Translations under genes and position numbers: made by a program
Source of the DNA: Pecten maximus
Taxonomy: Eukaryota
NCBI RefSeq assembly: GCF_902652985.1
Contig: NC_047030.1
Span: 10,540,001 to 10,604,000 of the forward strand
Reading direction: 5' to 3'
Length of the DNA stretch: 64,000 bases
The notes under the pieces: model-generated
What the model was told of the DNA's origin: nothing
The model's input: only the letters and a program-made list of their open reading frames with translations
Database searches by the model: none
Part shown: positions 41,467 through 53,149 of the stretch, one piece after another
How positions within the stretch are numbered: the first letter of the stretch is position 1
Layout: each line of letters starts with the position of its first letter

Positions 41467-44400
41467 CATCATATTGCCAAATATTTTATCTTCATTGTAT
41501 ACACATTTGAAAACAATCTGTTTCGTAAACGTCAATTGATATTAAAAATTATTAAGCAGCGTACATATATCATCAAGGTTAGCAAGACCCGGATCGCAAA
41601 TTTTCAACATCTTCCATTTATATTGAAATTCTTTATCAGAGGCGTATAACACTTTGCAAATCGTGTATGATGGCAACGATATTATCATAAGCTTGACATA
41701 TTTTCTGTCCTATTAACAACTACACAAGAAATAGATATTCACAGATTGGTCTTAAATACTTACCGTGAAGATTTCCTGGTCGGAAACGTTAAAATAGAAT
41801 TTAAAGGACTGTGGTGATCCTTCGCCTTGATAGATTATTGTCGCAGTAAGCTCATGTGAGGACCCTGCTTCCGCTATGTCAGGAAGAACGACGACATTGA
41901 CTGCAAAGCCGAATTTGTTTGCATTATACCCACTGTTGTATCCTACGTTGGCTACATACATAACACCATTGCTGGATTTCCAATGCCTAGATGGAGGGAC
42001 ACATGGCAGGTTAGAACCCACGGCACCGACTTGCACACCTCCTACGAATAGCCCATCCCCACCTGCTCCAGAGTACCGCTTCGTAGATGTTTTGATTTGG
42101 TAACCTCCGGATGAAAGTGGAGGAACATACCAAATAAGCGATACTCTACCTGTTCCACCTTTGGGTAGCAATGCATTTCTCTGACTGGAAGTTACGTTTA
42201 AGCGTTCTCTCTGGAATGGAATGTATATGAGGTCAATGCATTTTTCATGTTACATTCATACAAGTGATGAAACTAGTTCCGTCAGGTTAACATGATATTC
42301 ATTATATAATTAGCGGGTCTCATTTTTTTCTTTTTCTCTGATGTTCGTTGTATCGATTCGAACAAATCAAGTTTAGAGAAACCATATTAAAACCCTGAAT
42401 AATACAAAGGATTTTTCTGACACAAACGATACAAATGAAGGAGAAAATAAAAAATAAAGCTTGGATATTGCTAAAGCAATACATTTCCCTACCAGCCCCG
42501 CTAAAAAAATGGCAACAGTGATCTTAACGTTGACCTAAAAACCCTTACATAGATATGTAGCTACTCATACTGAAGTAGTAACATACTAATTTTCACTAAT
42601 GTAACTTGAAACATGACTGAAAACATGGCGGAAAACTGAGTGGACTGACTGATAGCCGGACGGACAGACGGACGAACAGACAGATGGAGGGACGGACGGG
42701 AGGAAACATAGAGTCCTCTCTGTTTTACCTTTAGGGGACCAATGAAAATAAACGCAAATCAAACAAACATAGAAATTACAACGAGAGGAATATATCATTC
42801 CTTTCACCTTAACATTAATATTTTTTTTGTATATGAGCAGTGGCTGCATTTATATTATATAACTTAAAACATTTACAATGAGGTCGGCTTTGCGACGTTA
42901 ATCACATAGCAGTTACAAACGACCCACGTACATACCTGGAGATTCATTCCCACTGTGATGGCAGATAAATATCTCTCGACCTACGTGAACTTAGTAATAA
43001 AGTTCCATCTCTTATATTTTCAAAAATAGAACATATCCCTAGTTTTGATTTTTATATTCATACTACAAGTTGTTTACAAAATTAACACGTGTAAAAAATC
43101 TACACGGAACAGAATCAATTGTCAATACACAACCAGACAATTTCAACTCTCACATATGATTGTACGTTGTGAAGATTATCAATAAGTAAGAGCAAAAACA
43201 TATCAAAGCACTGAATGGACAGTTCCTCTTACTTATCGCCTCCGGCAGATCAGGTTAAAATTTCCCTTTGTCAACCTATGTTATGGTGCTTGATACTTAT
43301 TATAAACCCCCCAGCCTTCGGATTTCATTACGATGAATCCTTCTAATCCATCATATCCGAGATATTCGGATGAGAAGGGGTTTTCCATGGCACTGTATAT
43401 GACACTTTTAAATGAACTAATGATTTCCAGATTGATAAATGACATGGTGAATTCCTTAATCAATCGTGATGCAAGGGCACTACCAACCAACAGATTATAT
43501 CATTTCTGTATCAACATGCTTTCAACTCTTTACTTACAGGTAATCCATTGGTCACATTGAAATGCTTTGTAGAGTTCATTACTACCATGAAGTCGACTTC
43601 CATATTGATATTAAGGGTATATAGATCCCCAGCTGCCGCTTCGCCTTTCAATGACAATACGATCTCAAATACTACGAGATCTGCATGTGCTGAAGCTTTG
43701 CAATCATAATACCCTATACAATTGAAGAAAAAACTATTCAGTACATAGTTTTTCAAATACAATAGTTCAATAATGATATTAATTGATAAAAAATGCATTT
43801 TACATTTACACGTACATGTGCATTATATTACAGTTTACGATATACATCTAAATATGTCGGATGTGGTACAGTAGTTACAAGTAGTTAAAATTCAGACATT
43901 TATGATTGACAACAATAGATCTGAGGCATTGTGTTTATCGTTGACCTGTTAATCTCGGTGGAACACAAAGCCAAATTAAAATAATTTTGACTGGTACCCG
44001 GAATTCGGTTTATCTAACAAAAAGTTATCTTAAACTGATGCATATAGTCACATACCCTTGTTTGGCAGAAAACCGAAGTCTAAAACGCTTGCATCCAAGC
44101 CTCCAGAACACAGAGGTTGCGTATCGCTGCTAAGTTCTGTCATGATGTCTTCGAAGTGATCACCAATAAATAACGTACGTACAGAAACAATCTTTAAGAT
44201 GGGATCAGAGTTGCTTAACTCTAATTTGTATGCAGATAAAGGACTGCGAAGTATCATTCTTATTTCGAATCTAGTAAAACCACCAATAGTAAATTCCACT
44301 TGGTCAGGAATATCCGTAGTGAAATTGGACGTCATCGAGGTATTCTGTAATTTGTTACCAGAACATTAGTTTTAGTTATTATTATATTCAGCTATATATA

Positions 44401-47400
44401 CAATCAGCTGATATTTGTATAATCTGATAAATATTTGATGAAGAGAAGGCTTTTAAAAGTTACGTTGTATGCATGAGGCAGTTTATAAATTATCACTGTT
44501 TTGCATGCAAGATACAGTAGCTAGTGCCGCCGCAGGCATAACGTTCTATTCCATATTGTTACATGTATGCAAACTGGTGACTTTTATTTTGATAATTATA
44601 CTTCCTACATGTCTTTATCCTACTCTTCATCATTAGATATGTCACGCTTTCAAAGAGCTTTCACTAATACATTGTGTATTAATCCTCACATGCGATTGTA
44701 CGTTGTGAAAGTTATGAACTTCAGTAACTACAAAAACATATCAAAACAATGGGCGGATTGTTCATTTTACTACTCGTATCGCCCTTTGGCAGATCAGTCC
44801 ATGCATGCAGACAAAAGTCTCAAGTTCTTAATAACACGTAAACCTACTTAAGCAAACTTTTACTTCCACAGTATGTACTATTTTGTGTTGTTTCGTACAT
44901 GATGTTTGCCTTAGTTTTATCGTTGGTCTTTTTGATGGTTTCTTTTTTTCATTATAAAAATGTTTACTAATGTTTTATGCAATGAACAATCAGCAGGAAT
45001 TAAGAAAATGTCTAATATCACCTCTATTCAGCATAAGATAAATATGAAAAGTTCAGTACTTACTCTACCAAGGTATGTTGAGATTAACAAAATAGTGACG
45101 ATTACTCAAAAGTCACGATTCAGTAATTGTGAAAAGAACTTATCTTCATCTCTTCTATATGGAAAAGCTTTTGACCCCACAAATTTGCAGCTTTTCTTGA
45201 GAAAGAAACCTATATTTATTAAAGTGCTCTCTGACCTTTGCAGTATCTTATTATACCATTTAAATTGGGATTATCGAATGATAAACTTATACCATGTGAA
45301 GGTATACTTACATGTATTGGTCGCAACACAAGCGTTGTAGAGACTTCCATTGTTACGTTTTCCGAAACTATTGTTGTAGTTACTACTCGTGTGGAGTTGT
45401 CTGACACGTCTGTTATGTCTGCCATTAGATATGCCACAGCTAGTTTAACTAAACAGTAGGTACAAGGGTCTTTAGCAGCTATATTAGCAGTAGTTGTAAT
45501 ATCAGAGGAACTGCTTGGGTCCGTGGTATTAATGGAATATGTAGGATTGATGGAGTCTTTCGAAATCGTTGGTTCAGTGGACACCGTTTCAGGAGTGTTT
45601 GGCATTGTATTTATGGATTGGTTCGAAACAGCTTGTTCGGAGGTCAATTTATAAACATTGTTTATCGTTGTCGAATTTGCCGAATACATGGAATTGGTAG
45701 AAATCGATGGTATAGTGTTTGTAGCAATGGTTGGATTCAACGAATCGGTAGAATTGGTTGGCAGAGAGCTTGTCCTTGTAGCAATTGTTGGATTCAATGA
45801 ATTGGTTGGTATTGTATTTGGCATTGCAGAATTTGTTGTATCCATAGAATCAATCAAACTGTTAGAGTAGGAAACAGGTGTAGGGGCCGATGTTGAATGG
45901 ATATTTACGAGTTCAAGGGTGCCATTGCAGTCAAGGTCTCCAAAATAGTAGGTACCTTGACTGCTGTAATTCTGCAACTAAAAATGAAGGGAAAGTACAT
46001 CTGGTAAATGTGGTATATCAAAAATTTCATTTATTCTGCCTAAGTGAAAGAAACAGTCACTTGAAATAAAAAATATCCTTCCACATGCGCTTTGAGATAA
46101 TGTTAACATATTCCTTCAATAATTATAATGAAATAAACCATAATTTCTAATAACATATGGAGTAAGTCACATCACACACCCCTCTTGTTATCAGCCGAAA
46201 TACAGAAGGTCCGAAGGCAGATTGTTTGATAGCAGATAAGAAACGGACTTATTTAATTATTCTAATGTATCGCTTATTATTATTACTCATGATGATATTT
46301 AAAGCAACACTGTCGCTGTCTTAATTACTTCGGTATTTAAATATCTTTGTTGACTATAGCCAATATCATATGTTCATTCCTACGCATCCTCATTTTAATT
46401 TGGTGTGTAATAGAATCTTCGCAAACCATGAGGATGCGATATAGAAGTGAGATATTATTGCTTTTCCAACTCGATGGACGATTATCTTAGTTGTCCAACC
46501 CGAGGGATGATGATATTCTCGGTTTTCCAACCCGAGAGATGATACACAAAATTGTGTGAATGACGGGGGAAGAGTTTTATACTGTGCATGGTAGAAATCA
46601 AAGTTTTTTTGCCATTTCATAGTTCAATTATCACTTACCATCTCTGAATTTTCAGTCATTATTGGTACATAAGTTCCATTTGTCAGTGTTAAGTAATTGT
46701 CTTGATAAGTCAGTTGTACATCCGATATTATAACAGACAAGTCGGATGGTGTAGCGAGAAGAGCAGACGCATCCTGTGTCAGTCCTCGTGGGATATAGAT
46801 ATCGTAGACCAGTGTTTTTATCCTCCCAGGAAAAACATTGATATCTACGTCTTCGGTACAAATTATGTATTGTGAACATTTCACTGTTCCTTCCGTAAAA
46901 CAGTTTTCTGAGTTAAACGCAAAATTCCCTGCGACGAAACAAAACATAATGAGAAAATAATATAGTTTACATCAAAATAGTTGACATATATTTCATGGTC
47001 AATTCACATGTTTTTAACCCCCATTTATGTTTTATATTTACATTTGCGCTATCGTACACTATATGTAATATTCACGGATACAATCTTTATTTGATAATGG
47101 AAACAAAACACAATAATCTGATTCCGTCAATATGGCATTTTAGGTTAAACTTATCAGTTGAATGCAACAGAAAAAAAAAACTCTTTCGTGTCTGGAAACA
47201 GACGTATGGAGTCTGCGGTCTGAGTATGCTTTCTAAAGACCGAAGAAGCTCTTCCTACAAAAGATTCGCACAATACAGAGTAAGTTCACTCACATCAAAC
47301 ATAGAGTTTTTTTTACAATCAGGTGCCCGAGTTAATATAGTTGCATAATAAAACACAGCAATCAAAACAATAAACGTTGAGCTCACAGACAACGAATAAA

Positions 47401-48257
47401 CTCAACTAAAATAATCCCCGGATCACTTGTAAAGTGCAACGGTTTTACATAATGCTGTCAACCTTACAAATGCTTACACCGCCTGGTTAGTACCTATATT
47501 ATCCTTGCCAACCATGATCCGTTACATTACCATCTTCCTGACCGTCAAAAATGTCCGTGGATTAAACCCGGCATCCCTAGCATACATAGCTGTCTGTCTT
47601 GCTGTTATTCTGATAACCTCTCATGACTATACCACTCAATCACAGCAAGTGTCGAGGAACATAGGGGTGATGCTATCGAAGCGTCCTACAGGACGCCAGA
47701 CCGGTATGCTGATCGCCATATGTAACATGCACTGGGGTACCGTGGATCGGTCACTCACCAAAGTGCTGACCACGCTCGACGCGACTTAATTTGGTAGAAG
47801 CAGCACTCAGTCAGTCAGTCACAAAATCTAGCTATTTAAATATATCGCTGGAATGTCCACATCCATGAATGAAGGCCATACATTTACGTTATATCGTTTG
47901 TTTCAAAAGAAAATGGAATGAGTTATCCTAGGCTCTCAAGCAATGACCAGACCCTATCACTGAACAAAAAGGGGTTCTGATACCATTATCTTTCATTTCG
48001 GCATTCAACACACATACAAATAATGCTGGGATTTCCAAAAAAGAAACACAAGTCGTCACAAAAAATTACAGGCGCATATAATAAGAGAATCAGAATTGGA
48101 CGTTTTTTAAAATAAGTAGCTGTTCACATTATAAATGAATTTAGGGTTCTTATAGTTAACACACACTATTTATTTCTATATTTTGCACATAAAAAGACTT
48201 ACCTTTCATGGATAGTATATAGGCTATAATTAGCATCCGGATAGACTGCGAATACAT
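35264..48257 (-). CDS. Uncharacterised predicted secreted protein, 1026 aa, 12 coding exons: 48257-48203, 46928-46639, 45971-45312, 44344-44056, 43713-43538, 42210-41764, 41327-41086, 40872-40641, 38824-38705, 38102-37988, 37162-36924, 35479-35264
   Basis: All junctions are GT-AG with matching phases and sum to 3081 nt without internal stops. Signal-like N-terminus MYSQSIRMLIIAYILSMKG, a Thr/Ser/Asn-rich segment, recurring motif (VGAVGSNLPC, LFIGDHF, AFTGRNI), and a Cys-rich C-terminus ending WRMCELSVNDVI*. Extra exons cannot be excluded. Confidence 0.85.
35953..36715. mobile_element. Two tail-to-tail copies of a palindromic non-autonomous element (Crypton-like by resemblance)
   Basis: ~160-bp near-perfect palindrome 35958-36116; 36410-36713 is a diverged inverted copy of 35953-36382. 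Confidence 0.7.
41374..41466. repeat. (GAT)n microsatellite, intronic
   Basis: Two GAT runs. Confidence 0.9.
42455..42748 (-). mobile_element. Degenerate Helentron-type non-autonomous element in an intron
   Basis: ATTGCT..AGCAAT hairpin at the left; GGAC/AGAC microsatellite 42640-42700; GTCC..GGAC terminal inverted repeat. Confidence 0.55.
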
Positions 48258-49144
48258 GTTAACGTTGCTTCTGGAAACAATAATAATACCCATGGTTCAT
48301 CACGGATCTCATTTATGAAGATAGTTAGTCAAAAGTGATCAATTCTGTACCACACGCCATGGCGAAAACTTCTGATTAAAATAGCTTCACATCAAATACG
48401 TCATATGATCATATACAATCTACTCTAGTAGCTTCCACATCCGGATATGAATATTTCATAAATATCATTTTAATCACAATGGTTTCGATACGTACGAATA
48501 GGCATTTGATGGCTTACACAGTTATTAGATCTCACCGTTGTATATCAAATTATAATGAACTCGTATAAGCATTAACACCCATACTTACTGTTGTAGTTGC
48601 AGTATTCATGCTTCTTGATGTAAGTATGATTATTTCGCTTTTTCATCAAAATACGAGCAGACGATCGGATGGATTAAAGGACTAGTTGATGATTGAAGGT
48701 TGTACACGTAAAGCACGTTTTTTTTTACCAACATAGGAATAAATTGATTGATTCATTGATTAATTTGGATATTCAAAGTTAAGGAGATAGTTCCATTGGC
48801 ATCCCACCATTTCTTATCGATTGGATTTTAATAGTTTATGTGGGATTTGAATAACCCGTGGACATTACAAGTAGTAGACACGGCTTGTGAACCTTTTAGT
48901 CCCCGGGGTTGTTTTTATATATTTGTCACGTCTGAACAGTGGTAGGTTCAAAACATGTTCAATGTAATTAACCTTCACTGAAAATGTAATACTGGTAATT
49001 ATGAAATGTATTTAATTATGTTACTTTTATATTTCAAATCCAGTTCTTTTGACCAATCTCGAGTGTTTAGGTATCTTTCTATACCATTTAAGACAGTAAG
49101 TATCACTTTATTTTGTTTTGACACACGAATATGAATTATGCATG

Positions 49145-49402
49145 TGTCACCAGGTCGTTTATTATTATAAACACTGTGCGGCATAATGAATGTGCGTATA
49201 GAGTTCGTATCGTGTGTAGTGACCCGTGTCTATATATATTATGTTATGTACGTGTACAGTGTCCTGTCGAAGTCTTGTCGCAGTGTCCAGTCTTAGGTGT
49301 GACGTGTGTCCATGTAGGGGTGATGATTGGGTATGGTTGTATATTTGTCCATATTGGGAAAGAGTTGATGAGTTTCGTTGTCGTGCTGTAAGTTGTTAAT
49401 AC
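49145..49402 (+). repeat. Inverted, internally deleted copy of the same LTR 5' part
   Basis: 49145-49360 is the reverse complement of ~49878-50093 (about 8 mismatches by eye); 49364-49402 matches ~49589-49627. Confidence 0.92.
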
Positions 49403-49404
49403 AA

Positions 49405-50093
49405 TCTTTTCAATCACGACAATTAAGTCTTGAATATATTTCATTACACATTTATTTGTTCCTTCCTGTCGACAACCTATAACAATAATACAAATAATAA
49501 AAGACAATGACAAACTCTAAATACAGAAATACATACGACGACTAACACTAGGTATATCGCGGTACATGTACAAAATCACGCGGACAAAGTATTAACAACT
49601 TACAGCACGACAACGAAACTTATCAACCTTACATTTACACCAATTGAATTAAGATATACATAGCAGTCTACTTAGCTTATATTTTGAATATATTTGTAAA
49701 GACTATCACTTACCCGAGCACAACTGGATAATCTCATCTTGCGCGAGCATAAAGATGAGTTGACTTTATCTGTATTTATCAACGCCCGTACAGGTCAGTC
49801 CCAGGCTTCAAAGTGACAGGGAAAGGACAGGTAACATGCATGCACGCACACTTACATCAACAACCAATCAGAACTATTTCCCAATATGGACAAATATACA
49901 ACCATACCCAATCATCACCCCTACATGGACTTACGTCACACCTAAGACTGGACACTGCGACAAGACTGCGACAGGACACTGTACACGTACATAACATAAT
50001 ATATAGAGACACGGGTCACTACGCACGATACGAACCCTATACGCACATTCATTATGCCGCACAGTGTTTATAACAATAAACAACCTGGTGACA
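49405..50093 (-). mobile_element. Gypsy 3' LTR (distal end truncated) preceded by PPT at 50094-50105
   Basis: Minus strand AGAGGGGGAGGA|TGTCACCAGG; AATAAA on the minus strand near 49455. Confidence 0.85.
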
Positions 50094-50747
50094 TCCTCCC
50101 CCTCTTAGAGTAAATGCCTCCTGGCATCTAACCTGAAATTTAAAAATGTTCGGTAATCAAGCACAAACATGACTTAGTACCAAATTTGAACCTGTGAGTA
50201 AACAAGAATAAATGCTTATTAGATTAATATAATCAAACTTTACTGGCTCTGAAATGAAAATAAGAAACCGTCATTAACGCAATTACTAACAAACACACCA
50301 TGTAAATGAAAATGGGGAATTAGTTAGAATTGAAACTAAGTGTTGTCACATAACCAGGATGAACTTAAGTCACACCCAACTGAGTACACTAGATTCCTAG
50401 CACCTATGCTGAAAAGGAATTATCTATACCTCACTTAAACAATTAAGGAGTTTGCTGTGGAATTCATCATACCAATCCACTACATCATAACCATATCCAC
50501 TAGATATAAATGTATGCCTGCTTCCCTAGAAAAAAAAACAGCAAAATGATTAAAACTTCGCCTAAATAAAACAACAAGTACTCTTGTACCCCTGTACTAC
50601 AGAAAGCCTATTTACACAAATAGTTCCTCCTTGTCAGACAAGTTACTCTGACCAACAAGTTGTTGTACCAAACTTCCAAGTCTGTCTGGCTGACGAGTAT
50701 GCAGTACTGGTCTTACCCGTAAATTTCCAGTTTCCCTCGCAAGTGAA

Positions 50748-53101
50748 TTATACGACCACATCGGGAAGCATCACTTCCTTCCTGTCTATACGTCGAGAAA
50801 GCCCATCAGCATCAGCATTGTTCCTGCCTGGTCTATAAACGATTCTGAAATTGTAGTTGGACAAGGACGCTAGCCATCGATGTCCCGTAGCATCAAGCTT
50901 TGCTGAAGTCAAAACATATGTTAGCGGGTTGTTGTCAGTTCTTACCTCAAAAGTATTACCGTACAAATAGTCGTGAAATTTGTCGCACAAAGCCCACTTC
51001 AGACATAGGTACTCCAATTTGTAAGCGGGATAGTTCTTCTCACTATCTCTCAATCCTCGACTGGCATAAGCTATTACCCTTTCCTTTCCGTCCTGCAGTT
51101 GATAGAGAACTGCTCCCAAGCCATCAAGAGATGCGTCGGTGTGAACAATGAATGGCTTTGAGAAGTCCGCATATGAAAGTATAGGTGGAGAAGAAAGCAT
51201 CTCAATAATCTTCTCAAAAGCCTCTTGTTCAGGTCTCTCCCAGTTCCATATAACTTTCTTCTTCGACTGAACCGTCTTCTTGTCAGTAGGATGTCCAACT
51301 AGCAAATCATCCAAGGGCTTCATTATTCTGGCGTAGTCCTTCACAAAACGACGGTAATATCCCGTAAATCCAAGAAATGTACGTAAGGACTTCACAGATG
51401 TTGGCACAGGCCATGACTTCAATGCTTCTGTCTTCGCTGGATCTGTCTTTATTCCCTCTTCTGACACTATGTGTCCGAGATAGCACACCTCCGTGTGAAA
51501 GAACTTGCATTTCGAGGGTTTCAACTTCAGATTATATCGTTCAAGTTTTTCAAACACTGCCTCAAGTCTGTTCAAGTGCTCTTCAAATGTCTTCGAAAAT
51601 ATCAATATATCGTCTATGAAGATTAGACACTCCCTCAGGTTAAGTTCTCCCATGCATGTTTCCATAAGTCTCTGGAATGTAGCTGGGGCATTTGTAAGAC
51701 AAAAAGCCATTCTCTTGCACTCGTAAAATCCTAACGGTCCTACAGAGAATGCTGTCTTCGCTTTGTCCTCTTCTCTCATCTCAACCTGCCAATATCCCGA
51801 TCGTAGATCTAGTTTGCTAAAATATTTGGTACCAATAAGTGTGCCAATCGTATCATCGAACCTGGGCAAGGTATAAGCATCTTTCACCGTTCTGTTGTTC
51901 AGCTTCCTAAAATCTATACAGAAACGTAGTGTTCCATCTTTCTTCCTTACCAGCACCACGTTCGAGCAAAATGGACTCTTGGACTCACGAATTACTCCAG
52001 CGTCCAACATACCTTTCAGGTGTTGACGTACCTCCTCATACATAGATGGGGGAATTCTGCTATACGGATCCCTAAAAGGCGTGTTATCAGTTAGGTTTAT
52101 GGCGTGCTCCACAACAGTTGCTCGTCCAAGATCATTCGCCGACTTCGAGAATATGTGGTCCCACTTACCTATTATCTGGGTGGCTCGTTCCATCTGCTCC
52201 TCGGTAAGACTTTCCTTGTTGATGTGAACCCCTATTTCCGCAATGTCTTTGGTGCCCGCCGTACTCCTCTCAGATGAACCCTCTGGTTTCCAAGTGTCCA
52301 CCACCTTAACCTCACTAAGGGAGCATAATGGCGACCTATGTGGTATCCGAATGGTACGGGTAGTCATGTTACAAACCCGCACGGGTACCCTAACTGCCTT
52401 ACCTGACGACGCTCCTAAACGGACCGCTCTCGGACAAATCGTCAAGTCATTCTTCATCGTGAGACTGGGTTCAGTCACAGCGGTTTCCACACCCTCTACA
52501 CCTCGGGCCATGCCATAGATTGTCATCACTCTATTGGGAACCAATGTAATTGGAACATTGTTCGTAGTCCTCACTGCTACGGTAGGAATGTTTGTCATGG
52601 TATCAATAGCAATTCTCCACGCAGCTTCCATCTTTGTATCTTCATGTTGCACCCCAGGCTGGTTACATATTCTAAGTAGGTTGGTTCCCACACTAACAGG
52701 TACACCGGAGTTGAAATCCGTGGGTGGGGTAACTAGTACTGGTACACAAAATACACCATCTGAAATAAATGGAACAGCGATCTCTGCCTCAGCGTCGCCT
52801 AAGTATGGTATGCTTGAACCAGCAGCTCCATATATTTCCAAATCAAAACCGGAAATACTCCTGAGTCGCGGTTTAGAAGATAAACTTTCATAAAAATCCT
52901 TGGACATACATGTCACCATCGACTCACTGTCAATGAGGGCAACAGTTGTCCTCCCATATATATTAATTGTACCTACATTAACGCTACCAACCATACGATC
53001 ATGCAACGCCTTACCTTTTTGTTTGTTGTTACATTTAGGGCTCTTCAATTCCTCACTGAATTCCTCTGTTGCCCTTCTACAGAGGAAGTTACTCGTTTGG
53101 G
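50748..53101 (-). pseudogene. Ty3/Gypsy pol (protease-RT-RNase H), integrase deleted, gag absent
   Basis: ALIDSES (protease DSG motif altered), LRFCIDFRKLN, LDLRSGYWQV, FCLTNAPATFQR, IFIDDILIFS, RNase H HTDASLDGLGAV...RTDNNPL...NADADGLSR; the ORF stops just after RNase H and the PPT follows ~650 bp later. Confidence 0.93.
53061..53101 (-). promoter_or_regulatory. Putative -1 ribosomal frameshift signal at the gag/pol junction
   Basis: Slippery heptamer C CCA AAC (53101-53095), then GAG TAA in the gag frame, and a perfect 9-bp stem TTCCTCTGT/ACAGAGGAA 7 nt downstream; pol is in the -1 frame. Confidence 0.7.
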
Positions 53102-53149
53102 TGACGAGTATCCTGGTTACCCCACCCACGGATTTCAACTCCGGTGTAC

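Noticed and set aside
50748-53138. Active or domesticated 796-aa Pol gene
   Set aside because: No true start, chimeric N-terminus, protease DSG changed to DSE, other conserved residues altered, integrase deleted.
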